NCBI RefSeq assembly: GCF_000150275.1
Contig: NW_002060961.1
Coordinates: 248,001-312,000 of the forward strand
Length of the DNA: 64,000 nt
DNA from: Trichoplax adhaerens
Lineage: Eukaryota > Animalia > Placozoa
Direction: 5' to 3'
In this document: piece by piece, positions 12,955-27,446 of the stretch
Numbering within the stretch: position 1 is the first letter of the stretch
Layout: each line of letters begins with the position of its first letter
Position numbers and translations under genes: made by a program
The notes under the pieces: generated by a model
What the model was told of the DNA's origin: nothing
Databases searched by the model: none
The model's input: only the letters and a program-made list of their open reading frames with translations

Positions 12955-15900
12955 TTTGTCAACGTTGTTTCTAAATAAGAGCAATAAGTGAATAGGCTAA
13001 AAAAGAATAGACAGAATATTCCATATTTACTCATACAACAGGTCAAGAGAGAGCGAAAAATAAACAGGATTTGAACTTGCTTGCCTCAGATCAAGAATAA
13101 TTAGAATCATCATCAACATACAGTGAAGTTACGATTCAATGAGTCATGAGTGCGATATGCAGTAAAACAGGATAATAACGATAATGACATCAATTACAAG
13201 TAATTGGCCTCTGCTGTGTTAACATAAACAGCACACCCAATAGAGCACAATATCCAATAAATAAAGTAGAGCTACACAGGAGATGCAGTGCCAACGATAT
13301 TGTACGTAGTATGATATCAAAATCGTAATAGAACTAGTTAATAAACGGAAACAAAATTACCAACTTGATCACCAAAAATGGCTGAAATGTTCAAAAAGAG
13401 CTACTCACCGATAAAGACGTTTTCGTTATGTCCGTTGTGTTTCCACTCTTAGTCGTTTGATACACTGCTCCTAGTAAGCTTACTAAAAGTCTCCTTTATT
13501 TAGGATTTACTGCATTTAAATAGTATAGCCATAATAACGTACAGTTTTATACCCTTATTTTAGTAATCATTACCTTATCATATGCGAACACGTTAGGTGC
13601 TGTACAACAAGTTACTGTATTCTTATATACATAACAATGTCCTGTCAACGATTGACGATTTTATCATTGACAGTTGCAAATGTAAAGAGATGTGGACAGT
13701 TTTTCATGTATACTGCATTAAAAGCACATAATTATACATACAAATACTGCCCATTTGATAATTAAAAATAGAAAATGTCACGCCTTAACTGCTAAAATGT
13801 CACTTTTGTCTTCATTTTAATTTTCATCTATTGAGCCAAGAAACCCGGTACCGAACTGGTATACAGTAAATTAGTTCATCAATACCTTTTTCAGATTTTT
13901 AATGTAGCCCATGGGATTGTATTCATTGGCCATGATAGGTGACTGACAAGGGAAAATTATTATAATCTTTTGGGAGGTTTAATCATTGTACCATAACATG
14001 TTTGCATAAGGTTTTACAAATTACCATCCCTTCTCGTGATACAGTCCATTATTACTACAACGACGACAGGGACCACCCTGATTATCAATTGACAATAAGC
14101 CGGGTTGAAAAAAGAATTTTGAAAAATAACTCGCTTATTGTTCGTCCCTTCCATACTGTACAGTGCATTGCATGGTACTACTTTAAATAACAGAAATATT
14201 GGCTGTCAGTATTGGACGTAGTTATAAGAAGTAGAAAAAATTCTTAGTCCAATAACTTTTCATCGTTAACGATGACTGCTGAGTAGCTGTACTGATTGTA
14301 ATATCGATAGTATGCAGGTACATCGACACTGATCGGCTCCATAGTAATATCTATAATAAGCCAAAATGGTATAAACTCTAAAATAATGGCCTTACGCTGC
14401 CATGAGATTTCTGAGTTTAACCCTGTGCACTTTGTGAACTTAATGATACACCTACGCTATTATAATTTTAATTGACCTTAAAAATGCGCAACATCACTCG
14501 AAAAGAGAAGACATGTTTACAATTTTATAGCTCCTCCTACCTTTAACTCATGTGATAGTAACAATTTACATTCACTTTTTGCCTGCAAGTTAGTTAATCA
14601 ACACTATCTACAATCGATAGCATGTGGCACGAGTTCTGGTATTAGTGATATATCACATTGGGCGTTGCTGTAGCGTTTCGCCTAAGGGTCATATTGCAGA
14701 TACTGCTTTGCTACTATTCTTATTAAGGTTAAACATGATTAAAGTCTTATTAGAGCACTGGAAGATCAACTTTACGCGCTACTTTATAGCAGTCTTGGAT
14801 TTTAAAGGATTGAGGATACTCTACCTACAGTAATGCTTAAATAAGAATCAAATCGAGTCGAGATCGAGCCGTAAACAAACCTACACGGCTGTCGCTGTGA
14901 TGAATATTAGAGTATTTACCGCTATGATCGTTAATTTATTAATTGATTAGTTAAAATACTTTAATTTCAAGTAAGATCTGCTTGTAAAATCAGTTCAATA
15001 ACATCAGTACATTTGATATTTGGGTTCTGTGTCATTGCAGGTTTGGAAGTTTTGCAAATGTAAACGACACGCCCGCATCGTGTATATTGGGTGTCGTTTA
15101 CCTTGTAGTAGTTTACATTTTGAAATGATGCTGGCATTACTTATATACATGAACTATGAAATCGAATTCTAGTCAGTCTTTACTCTATGATACTGCTATA
15201 CAGTAACATGATCAAAGTGAGTCAAGCTATCGTTCGGAGTTATCCTAACTTGTGATCGTCACTGGGAACAGGATAGTGAGGATAGACTTTGTAGGTTAAA
15301 CGGCATTGGCATCTTGTACTTACATACTTAAACAAGACCATCAGCAACAACGATCATAACAATATGAATAATTAATCATAATAACTGGTCAAATATTGCA
15401 CGGACTCTTTATCCGTGTATTTATCATAAGTATTGACGATTCTCATAACTACTCTTACTATAAACGTTCAGTGAGCAAACTATTACTTCGGCCAATTTTA
15501 CAAACACAATTAACGACTTTATCGAATTAGCGAATGATGATTAATAGAAGCGTATATAATGATAAGATTCATGGAATCCTTTTAAATAGATCTTTATGCC
15601 GAATTCAGTATTTTAAAAGTGGATTTTACTACTGATCGACACTGCACTACTTCTATTTACAAAACTTTAAAATTGCCTTCATTGCAATTTGAAATCTCAT
15701 CATCAAAAATGTACTGTATCTACGTGCTTATGCAAGGCAACAGATTGTGCGACATGCCCAAGGTAAGATGTTAAAGCGAGCTCATTGTCAACAAATTTGC
15801 TGCTTGTATGTAGATTACTTCTAGTTGCTGATGGGGTTTACAGCTTTTACTGGCAATATTGCTTGGTAATGCGAGCATATTAACTTGAATGATTGAGCAA

Positions 15901-16447
15901 AGTCGGTACCAGTATCTCACATTTATTCGATACTCCACGAGCTGAATAAACTGAATTCAACCTCCACACAGTAACCCTTTATTTTACGTTATAAAATTGA
16001 GGGAAATGTTTAATATTTACGAACTGGCTATAAAGAACATCTTTACTCTAAGATAAATTAGAAGCAGTTTTCATGAATAACAATTTATTATGGCAAGTAT
16101 ATTAAGCATTTATGCGGTAACTTGGGCTAATAAGCTAAGCGCCGTCTCTCTATGTAAAAGGCAATATCGTATGCATTTCTGACGTAATAATAATAGTTTC
16201 TACATACATTAGAAAGAGCAAAATGGAATAAAACCGTTCATCTCTTCCAAAACAATATCATGCGGCATTGATAATATTAATAATAATATATAAGGGAATA
16301 ATCTTACTCTTGGATTGTATTTATACTTCTATTTGTAATACAGAAAGTCAGCTTCAACCACGACAATCAATTACAGATACGGTGTATAGAAGCATTCGCT
16401 AACTCGATCACAGTTTAAATTGATATAGAAAATTTCTTCTACCTTAC

Positions 16448-19400
16448 TTAATGATTTCCATTAAGTCCTGCTTTCTGAAAGCAACATTGAGAAAAGCAAT
16501 TGATTTTGTTAGCATTTAGCCCGATATACTAAAAGCGATTAATAACAGTGAGAAGTTTATTTTTGTAGTAAATATGTATTAACTATTTTATTCGTCTAAC
16601 GTAAAATGTATATCAACATAGGATGTATCCATAAAATTTTAATCAACTCCAAAGAACTGATACTTGAATAATAAATAAATTTATTATTGATCTAATTTAT
16701 AACGACACATTCCTGCATATGGGTATATGCATCCTCGCAGTTCGGTGCTTCATTTCAATAGTACTGGTACTACTCTACTATAGCTTAGTTTATAATCTAT
16801 ACTACTAGATCAAAATTTATTCCAGTTATATTTACATATATACCTTACTCTCTGCTTTAACCAGAATATCCACAATTTCAGATCGGCCTACTTCTACGGC
16901 CATATCGTGCGCTTTTTGACCTCCCTATTTAAAATAATTGAAAAGCTTCAATACCACATATTTGCAGATTCTGCTACTTTACGTATAAATAAAATAACTA
17001 AATACGGATACAGTACAGCTAAAATTACATTATATCTTGCCTATTCATTTAGCTAGCATAATATTGCCAAAGCTCTAAGAATTATATGTAAAGTAACTAG
17101 ACTTATCATGCAGTTCTTAGAATTAATCTACCTTGCTAACTGCATTTAGACTTGCATTATTTCTTAAAAGGAGACGAACACAATCGATGTGCCCTTCCCA
17201 TACTGCTAGATGAAGAGGCGTATAACCATCCTATCAAAAATTAACGCAAGATAATGCCACATTTAATACGATTGTTGTTATTTATCTCCTCTTTAGTCAA
17301 GCAGTAAAATACTCGCCCACTACTAAAACATTATGCTACGTAGTATACAATACTGTAATTATGGGATTTTTTTATAAATTATAACTAGAATGTAATATGT
17401 AGACGATAGTGAAGTAGTAATCTCATTTTCTCATATAGGTTAAATAAACTATAAAGCCTTGCAAGGCCTACGGAAAATGAGAGGATGTTGTAACTAAATC
17501 GTAAGCATCATTCTACCATACATACATTATCTCTGGCATCAACATCAACTTTCTGATTCAAGAGCCATTCTAAGACATCTTTATTGCCTTCAACTGCAGC
17601 AAAATGACTTGGCTGATAGTGAAACTAATCAGTAAAATATGAGAAAAATAATATAAAAATTTCTTTAAAATTTACTATTGTTACGATTGGCAACCACATC
17701 TATAAGTTTTTAGGAAAATGTTTGAGGTAATTAAATAGTCATACATTTAAAACTTTTTATCAGATAATTTCACATACCCATCCTGGTTGCTTTAGTGCAT
17801 CAGGATTTCCAGAATAGCGATATAGAATTTAAAAAATTTTTAAGTTACCCAACGATGATGCTTGATGCAAAGAACAATCCTCTATCGCCTGAAATATAAC
17901 AATTATTGTCATAATTATCATATGGAAAAATTCTATTATCATCTACACTGTTTACGCCATTTAAATGAAGTTACCCATTTACTCTACGATATCAGAACGT
18001 TATTGAATATTATAATTTTAATAACATTTATCTATTACTACACTATTATCAACTCTAGCCATTCTCAGCTATGATAATAAATATGTGAACGGTATAGATT
18101 ACATCGAACCTATCCATTGAAAATGTTATTACTGGATGGTGATAATTTCAGATTGTAGCAGTGACATCGATCATAAGTATCAGAATATTCACTGTGCAAT
18201 GAAGTAATTTTATAACTCTGAGGGTAATAACGAATAATCCTAAGCAAAATATAAGTAAATTTGTGAATTCTATAAATTTTACTATTAATAGTCTTTTCTC
18301 TAGTTCACAACTGATGATTTATGATATGCATATATGTCATACTGAGACAGCAGCACTTGTACACAGGGCAATACTAATACTGGATATTTTGAAAAATATA
18401 ACTCTACTGTAGATGACGATCTTGAATGATAAATTTTGTATGCTGTCTTCTTGTCCTTCACATTTAAAGCATTCTATAACCATACTAATTGCATTGAACC
18501 ATTAACGATATCAGCGCTATGAGTAGTGTAAGCTACGTTACGTAATAGTTACACGAATTAATACGGTTAACTAGCCAGTATAATAATATTTATTGTATAC
18601 TATTAATCAGATAAATAGTAATTCTGAATGCAATAGTATTAATAACAGTTTATGTTCTATCAATCTAAAGATATGATATTATATTTAGTTTGATGTCATA
18701 ATTGACTCATGTATTTGGTCAAATTTCTAAGTCAATTGGCAAATTGAGAAACCTTAAAGAAAATTTCAACTAAATTGAACTGGTATCCGCTTAAATATAT
18801 AGCAGCTATACCTACATTTTCATATAAGGGATCTGCGCCATTTTTCAGTAGTAGCTCAACTCCTACTGTATCATCTTCATACACACATTTTTGTAAGGCA
18901 CTGTTGTTGTTAGCATACTATCACCATATGAACGCAAAATAAGAGAATTAGAATTATTCAATTTTTTATATTTTACATATAATGATAGCGACGAAAAAGA
19001 ATGAGTAATTATTTTTATACATCATATAAATTCAAACATAGCATTACATAGATCTTTAAAGAAAGCAATATCTTCCTTTTGAGCTGCTGTAAAAATTTCA
19101 CTTGCATCTGGTTGCTTTCCATTCTTAAGAAAAAGTGAATGAAAATTAGGCAACCCGTAAATTAGCATCTACAATCCTTGGCAAACTGACAATTTACATG
19201 TCAAGTACGTATATCATTTTCTGTGAGTTAAGGGTGACACATATCACATTATACTCTCAGCGAGCAATTTAAAATTATTCCGTAGAAAAACTACGTCACA
19301 GTATCAAAGAGAACAATATCAAAAATTAATACTACAGCCTACGCATAGTCTTGTAATCTATTCGGTGAAAGATCTTCACGTATTCCTTTTCAACATATGC

Positions 19401-21164
19401 CATTTTTACGGAGAAAAACCGAAACAAGATATGCGCGTATATGCTAGTATAATATATGAGTATATGTGCATGGTACATTCTGTTGTAAATTAAGTTTATC
19501 ATGCGTTTTTTATAGATATTTTGTTTGTAATATAGGAATATACTACTTCCTTCTGGCTAAAGTTATTCTTTTATGGCTATCATTTGACAGCTAATTAAGC
19601 GATCATAATATTAACAGAATTTGACGTAGAGTTAATACTAATATTGTATTATACTAGGAACTCTTATCAAATAGAATATCCTAATGCCATAGCACATAAA
19701 TAGAACTGGATGTGCAACTAACTATGTAGAAAATTAAAATCAATAGCGCTATTTCATTAAGAGCTTGCTTAACTATACGAATCGATGAAAACACTAATTA
19801 GCACACATAGATGCTACTATAAGCGTCGATCATGAAAACAATTAATTCTGTACTTTTGATAGAATGATTACTATAATTAGTATTAAAATTAATAAATAAT
19901 CTATACTGCACACTAGTTGACTACACGATTTGGTAGGACATTATTTACTGACTGAACATCCTGAGGGCTCTCGGCAGTATATAGTAAACTACAGTAAAGT
20001 AATTAGCAATATTTATGCAGATTAAGCAAGAGCATGTAATGTTTACCTAAAGAATTAATGAAGAGACTGCATATTTATATGGTAATGACGCTGATCTTTT
20101 AACCGCGCATTAATAGGAAGCTACCCGAGTCAATTAAGGTCTACACAGTATTTTATTGTGTGTCTTGCTGACCTAGACGTATGTTACTCAATGATCAATT
20201 TGACTGTATGCAGTGTATTCAAAATTTTAAGAGTATAGTAGATTAAATATATAATAATGACAAGAACTTTTGAAGATAGAGTAATTAATATTTCCTTAGT
20301 AGACATCGAGAATAACAGTAATGAGAGACGTGAGAGATAAATGAAAAGTGATATTATCGACTAATTTGACGATCACTACTTAAGGGCCGTTGAATCACTT
20401 TCAGTGTACAGTAGTAGGAAGAGAAATTTTCTTTTTCTTTAGTCTGTGGTAAATCATGATAAACTTTAGGCCACATAGAAATCGAATAAACGATTTTTTC
20501 ATATCACTAAGGCAATAAAATAAAAAGGTTTCTTCCATTGCTAAAGCAATAAAATCAAATTTCTTTTTATCTATATGACTGATTGATAATTTAGTACAAT
20601 AACTATTGCATAACTAAATAATTTATATTCCTATATAGGTACTTTTCGTTCTATTCATTTGTTGTGCCGGATATTACAGAATATAAAGTAGAAAGGTCCG
20701 GTAAAATTGTCAATAAATTGACTTTGGCTATTAAAGCGAGTACAGTAGTGATCGGATGGCAAACCGTACGAAATATCATCACCGTCCTATTAACCAGAAA
20801 CTACGGACAGATTACTGCTGCACTACGAGTATTTAACGAATTTTAAGCTACAATTTAGACTTATGCAAAAAGTAAAAGAAAGATGAGTATGGAATAGAAA
20901 CGAGGTAAACGACCATCAATTAGCAATATGATTATGGTACTCTTCCTCAGTGCAGTCGATGTAGATTGGAAGTATAACTAACGAAAGAGGGAACCATGCT
21001 GTGCTAATATATCTAGAGGTGTTGTAGTTAAAAACAAATCCATTTATTGTTAATCTACATGTTACATAAACGGACGATTAAAAAGACTCGATACCCAACA
21101 CCTGTTTTCACTTTATATCTGGTTTGGAACTTACCGTAGCGTTTGTGTTTGAAATGGTTCGCAT
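16448..21164 (-). pseudogene. Tandem duplicate of the ankyrin-repeat gene, disrupted (copy 2)
   Basis: Homologous exons at 21135-21164 (MRTISNTNAT), about 19050-19123, 18816-18917, 17778-17888, 17526-17624, 17132-17230 and 16844-16924. In-frame TAA at 17829-17831 where copy 1 has AAA. Exon 2 has lost its 3' end and phase-0 donor and runs into a TGA. Confidence 0.8.
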
Positions 21165-23999
21165 ATTTAACGTTCTATTCGGGTGACAAAGAAGCATGAA
21201 ACAGTCCAACGCAGAGAAGATTAGCTCACAGCTAAAGGTGGGAAGGAAAAAAATGGGGTGTTAATTCAACAGTTACAACGTTGTAACCGTATAATATTAT
21301 TGGCTGTTAATAAACGATAAATATATGCATCATAAACATAATTGGAGTTACTTCCAAATTGTACGATATACAAATGGATATTGTTCTAGCGACAATGATG
21401 TCTAATAGTTAGATTCTGGTGCATTAAGTATAAGAGTAAAGTTGGACAGAGCATGAAGAGTAAATAGAGAACATATCCATGTTGTGAGTTGTATTATTTT
21501 ACAGCTACTAAACTGTTATTGGACCAATTAACTTATCCAAATAAGAATATCAATTCAATTGCGAATAAATCTTTACCAAGCTTAATCTATTGACCAATAT
21601 TCTTGTCGCTATGTCTGATCAATGATTTACTCTATGTTATTAATAGTTGCCAATGTAAAGAGCTTGGAGTAGCTGATTCTGAGTTCTATGATACAGTTTA
21701 AAACAAAATGCAGCCATCCAGCTGGCTAAAATTAGAAATTGTCACGCTTTGACTGTTAACAACAACATAATGTCATCTTTTTTATTTTTTGTCTTTCTTC
21801 ATTTGTGTTATCATGTAATAAGAACTTTACAAGGATGTAAACAACTCAGTGGCGACGTAAATTACAATAAAATGATAGACTGATTACTTTTCCAATCTGA
21901 AATATAATGCTGGTACCAATCAGGTTAGCGCATTGTATTTCAAAAGAAGGTAAACGTATTGTGCTGTAGGTTGTAAAAGCAATCAGTCTTTTATTATTTT
22001 ATTGTAACTGATGAATATGTGATTCTATTTACTTCTAATAATCGCCAAGACTTCTTCTACCTTAATGTCATGTGGTTATATTATAACATGAACAATAAAC
22101 GAAACTCCCTCCTTCAAGAATTACTACTTAATGTCCATTTTTCAAAAGTAACCTTTTTCGCCGTTCATCAGTCGCGATAGTTTCTATCTTTATCTTTTTA
22201 TTGGAAAAATAATGTATCTCTGTTATGGACTACCTTTCCAGTAATGTCGATATTAAATGGTAGCTTTCATCTTCTTGCTTTTTAAATGCTGACGTTTACA
22301 TATCCTTCAATGATTAGATGGTCTGTAGATTTATCTAGCTGCATGCATTCGTACACTGTCGGGTTGCCATTTACAAACTGTGACTATTACATCAGTAATG
22401 TTATGATGTGTATGCTCACAGTAGTTCTCTTAGCAATAGTAATAATGAATGGCAGTAGTTTAGCTATTCGAAGATAAATATCTGTGTTATAATACTAAAG
22501 GTTGCTACATTAAAAATTTCATTTTAATTTTGAATCATGCCTCGTATAGTTTAAGTAAAGGCAAGACTTTAACTGAGTTCATAATGTACTCGAAATATTT
22601 CGAGTGAGATATCATGATAGGATTACTTGCTTTACCCTAACTTGATTTATTTCACTTTATTTTTGAAGTTTTTGCATATAAAATAGTAACGGAAAAAATT
22701 AAATCGTAGGTGAGCTTCTATTTCGCTTTCTGTTATAGTAAATTCTTCCTTACAGTGCAATTATTTAGCAAAATTGTACAAGACGTGTTGACTACTTATC
22801 TACGAAACGATAATAGAGATGAGTAGTCTGTCAGACAGATCAAGATGGAATAATTATTTAGATTTTCCGCTTGCGATTAACATAGGTAGTCGGAACAATC
22901 TCATACCCCTATTAAAGACTGAATATCTTTTCATAGTGTTGCCTTATTATAGCAGTGTTGAATAGTAGAAATAAAGCTAAATTAACAATAAACTACAAAT
23001 TATTACTATCCACAATTTTATTTACGTATGTATGCTCTACATGCACACATTAACCGCTAAAAGAGAATACAGCAATACAGTAGGCCATGGAATTACTTTT
23101 CGTCAATCAATTGCAGTATAAGTACACTATGACTACTAGTGCTTTAAGTAAGTAGAATATTTTACTTTTCTATCAATTCAACAATCAAAGACATAATGAG
23201 ACTACGAGAATTATTTGCAGACTGTTATGATGATATAGCACTTGCCTATACTAGTGCGATTTTTACCCTATCATCAGGCCAGTCAAAAATGAAGAACAAC
23301 TGTTGCATTACCTGTTGGTCTATTTGAGTAACAAATAGTAGCTTTTAGACCATATTTAACATACTAATAGAGTATTACTTTTGTAGAAACAGTAAGGAAT
23401 CATGCAAATCGGCAGACAAGGTGTCTCTGATGGCGCGCAATCGTCCATGTTTCCCTTCAACGTAGTTACGACGGTTATGGAAAACGGCACCCGAATTTGA
23501 AATATTGTATATGCGGTATATACTTGAATATTTACAAATAGTCAGGTATCTATGCTTATACTATACTGTATCAGGATTATTGCGAAATTTAATTCGATTA
23601 TATCATGTAATATGAGAAGAAAATTGGGAAGACAATTCCATATATATTAGATAGACAGTATAATAACTTGCATAATCAATGTCAATGTCAAGGTCTATAA
23701 TTTGATCTAATCTATGCGTATATGCGTAGATTAATGATAATTATAAATAATTCATATTCAACTGCTTGTCGGTCAATAATGCAATAGCGCATTATACGTA
23801 CATATGTAGTATGTACAGTATATGGTAAAAGTTGACAGTACTAAAGACTCATAAAGGTAATAAGCAAACCTCTTTGATGATCGATCGGGAGTAAGTCAAG
23901 CTACTTCTTTAACAAACCTTAAATTAATAGATTTAAATTCTGCGATCAATTATATGTAGCTACATGAGTACTTTTCAATAAATTGCCACTGGAATAATA

Positions 24000-25080
24000 A
24001 ACTAATACTACAATGAGGCAATAAAAGCAAGATCGTTATAGATGATAAAGACAAACGAACATTAGTTAAACACAAAACAGGTATAATTATCCCTGGTTAA
24101 CATTTTTTTTATAGCTACTTACTAAGACATAAATACCGAACGTAGTTAAAACCAATTTGAAATGAACTATTTGAAATTTTACTTTAACCCAACAGATAGT
24201 TATGTTATCATCAGACATTGAAGTCGATAAATGTACTGCCAGTTTCTTATAAAGGCCTTAGTGAATCACTTCAACTTAGTAATATCATCATCAATATTTC
24301 AAATCAATGCTAGCTGGCATAGAACTTTTCACACTTAAATAATTTCATTGAGCTCGTTAATTAAGAACACTATTAATACTTTATACTTACTAATAAACAC
24401 CTTTCAAGTAAGTAAAACTTTAGCATCAAATATTAATTCTACCGAATTCCATCCGTAAGTTAAATACTTCAATTGATCTAAAACTACTTCTCTTTAATTA
24501 TAATGTAATCTAACATGATTGATTTCAATTCATGCATATTGTACCGCTTACTGTAATTTATACTAAAGAAAAGTCTTGGAAATACTTATTTCTTACTGTA
24601 AACTAATAGATTGTAAATTGTAAGATCAAACGGACACAGTTACAATAATATGCTAATACTACAATGACGCAACATAGCCAAGATTGCTGCACATAACAAG
24701 GACAAATAAAGATTAGTTAAACCCAAAACAGGTACAGTTATCTCTGTCATTTCATTTATTACCACTTGTTAAGATATAAAACCATATTTGAACGAATTAT
24801 TTCAATTCTTACTTGACCAAAACAGATACCTTTATTGTCATCAAACAATGACTTAGATAAATGCTGTACATTCCCAATTTATTACATAGACTTAGTAAAT
24901 CGTCTAAATTTGTATTATCAGGAGAATATTTCAAACCAATGCTAGCGGGCATAGAGCTCCTCTTAGGTAAATAAATCCACTGAATTAATTAACAACACCA
25001 TTAATAGACCTACTAATAAACACGTTTTAAGCATATGAAACTCGAACATAGAATATTGAATCCAGCGTACTCCATCCATA
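24000..25080. repeat. Diverged tandem duplication, period about 650 bp
   Basis: 24001 actaatactacaatgaggcaat...ttagttaaacacaaaacaggta aligns with 24653 ctaatactacaatgacgcaac...ttagttaaacccaaaacaggta. Homology continues through caatgctagc...ggcataga and tactaataaacac. Confidence 0.75.
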
Positions 25081-26264
25081 AAGTGAAGCAACAACAACAA
25101 TATTTATCACTATCTTGTTGATCATACAAAGACAGTATGCCCACAGCTCAATAGAAAACTGTATGGAAAAGATTTTATAATACAACAACACCATGATTTA
25201 AGCGTATAAGTGAAACAACTTTCCGTATATTCTTCTATTCCAAAGAACAGAGGCCAGCTTTGTATGTATTTTACAACTGATAGAGCCAGCAGTACACAGG
25301 ATTACTTAATTTGAACTAAAAATGATCTTTAATCATGGATCCACTCTCCATGAATTGGTTACCGTAAATCAATCAAATAAGTTAGAACATCTTGGTATAC
25401 AAAAGATGTTCGAGCCACATGCTAGTTACTGTAATAAAGAGTTTCAATATCCTATTTTAAGTAGAAATGATATAGAGCATAAAGAGCATTCATATCAGTT
25501 TTAAATATTTCAATTTCTATCGTGATGACTTTACTCTACTTCAATCTTGATGAAATATGGGCAAGTCCTAATAATTAAGTGAAGACTTATTAAAGCTGCA
25601 GATATCTAGGTTTTCAGATTCAAGTGTCATTAAAGCGACGAAGAAGAGTACTTACATATAGAGCCAATTTACTTACAGTTAACAATCTTCAGTAAGATAG
25701 TGATGCAAAATAGTAGATGAATCTATAATTTATATTTAGGAATTTGCTCGTTCGACCATGATTAGAATTAGTCCCCAGATAGCCATTCTTACATCTATTG
25801 TTAAAACTCTTTCTTGTAAGGCTATTTACTGGAGAGAAATTTTATATTGCAGTTTCATTACAAGATATAGAAATCTTTCACTTGGAAAAGGATGCACTTG
25901 TATTGTAGTATCATGCGTGTAATAAGCAATAAAAGTGCGAGTAATAGAAACTTTGTTGCAAGTTATTCACAGTAACATTGCAATGGTGTATCCTCCTTTA
26001 AAGCACATCCCATGTACAATTACTGTGCCAGTCGTCATTATTAGTCATTGATACTTAAGTGTTAAATAGCTCCATTACTAGTGTATATATATGTTATGGT
26101 ATATATAAATAAAATTGCAAACTTTATCATTTTTAGATCGGAAGGGCCCTCGGTCAATGAAGTACATTGATTTGGTTGGCTTTATGATAAAATGATAAAC
26201 TGTCTATCTCCATCTTGACTTATTCAAGGATAAACAAATGAATTTCTGTATCAACACAAGTCAT

Positions 26265-27446
26265 TTACACAAAGGGTGCATAGGTGATATTGACTTCCTG
26301 GCCTAAAGCATTGACAGCCACCGCCTTTAGTTTGACAGTTGGGGTTAAATCTCTGGATATGGCTGATCTAGCCAATAAGAGTAGTTTATACTGTTGACCT
26401 TTTTTAACAATGTCGTGTTCAGCCAATGAACCGTCAATTTCTTTCTCGGAATAAATGTGCTTGGGTTGAGGTGGTATGAATAAATGGAAGCGTGGGTTGT
26501 TCATGGGTTTAATTTTAGCAGTCTTGGCTAAGATTCCAACATAGGCATCATCGACTGTCTTGAGTAATGTGACATTGGCAATAGCGCTGACTAAATCGCG
26601 TAAGACGCTAAAGCTCATAACATAAGCGAAACCAGAACAAAAATGAGGAAATAACTTTTCTTTATAATCCGATTTAGGCACGTAGTACTTGTGCTTGGGA
26701 TCGCGTACGACTCTGTAAGCACTCCAATCTTGATCAACGCGACCAATCCAAAAGCGATGGCTATTAGCGATGTATAAATGCGCCATATAATCGAAAAATC
26801 GAGGCTGATTTAAGAATACATCATCGTCTCCTTTAAAGTAGTAAACAGGCTGGCAACGTGTTAGAGCCCAACGCATAGCCAATAATGTTTTATGGGTTAA
26901 ATTACGCATATTATCATAGAAATCGCCTAAGATCATATCTCCATATTGGCGTGATTCGTCTTCGATTTTTTGATCGGCTTTAGCATCACCACTACGCCCG
27001 AGAATAAAGAGTAAACGCCATGCGTAAGGTGATTTCATCATTTCGATGTAGTCACCGCCGTGGCCCCATGATTTGCGGATAGCATTGCGTCTTTCCAATT
27101 GGCCAACACGCGAATTAATAATCAATAGGATAAATGCTCGAGTTTGGCAAGGTTTAGCGCTAGGACGCTTGGAGAAATTAGGTAGTGGAGTCTTTCTTAA
27201 CTTGTCACTTATGAGTTCAAGTCGAACAGGATGGAAAATGACATTTTTAGGAATCTTGACAGGATCATGTTTTAATTCTGCTGGATCGCGAACGGCTTGA
27301 AAACCATTGCTATCTATCAATTGGGATAAACTACGTTCAGGCTTATAGGACTCGTCATCGTTTGCACGATGGACATAGACATAGACTAAGGCATTGACTA
27401 TAAAACCGGCCAAGATTACAATTAAACGCGTCTTAAAATTAGCCAT
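26265..27446 (-). CDS. GT31 family beta-1,3-galactosyl/N-acetylglucosaminyltransferase (paralog B), intronless
   Basis: Likely ATG at 27446 (MANFKTRL followed by a TM segment). Motifs RRNAIRKSWG, YGDMILGDFYDNMRNLTHKT, intact KGDDDVFLN, FPHFCSGFAYVMS and VDDAYVG. Confidence 0.93.
   Translation of the reverse strand: MANFKTRLIVILAGFIVNALVYVYVHRANDDESYKPERSLSQLIDSNGFQAVRDPAELKHDPVKIPKNVIFHPVRLELISDKLRKTPLPNFSKRPSAKPCQTRAFILLIINSRVGQLERRNAIRKSWGHGGDYIEMMKSPYAWRLLFILGRSGDAKADQKIEDESRQYGDMILGDFYDNMRNLTHKTLLAMRWALTRCQPVYYFKGDDDVFLNQPRFFDYMAHLYIANSHRFWIGRVDQDWSAYRVVRDPKHKYYVPKSDYKEKLFPHFCSGFAYVMSFSVLRDLVSAIANVTLLKTVDDAYVGILAKTAKIKPMNNPRFHLFIPPQPKHIYSEKEIDGSLAEHDIVKKGQQYKLLLLARSAISRDLTPTVKLKAVAVNALGQEVNITYAPFV

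Noticed and set aside
27073-27300. Antisense ORFs overlapping GT31-B, REPS and ACAT1 exons
   Set aside because: Shadow ORFs of real coding sequence on the other strand.
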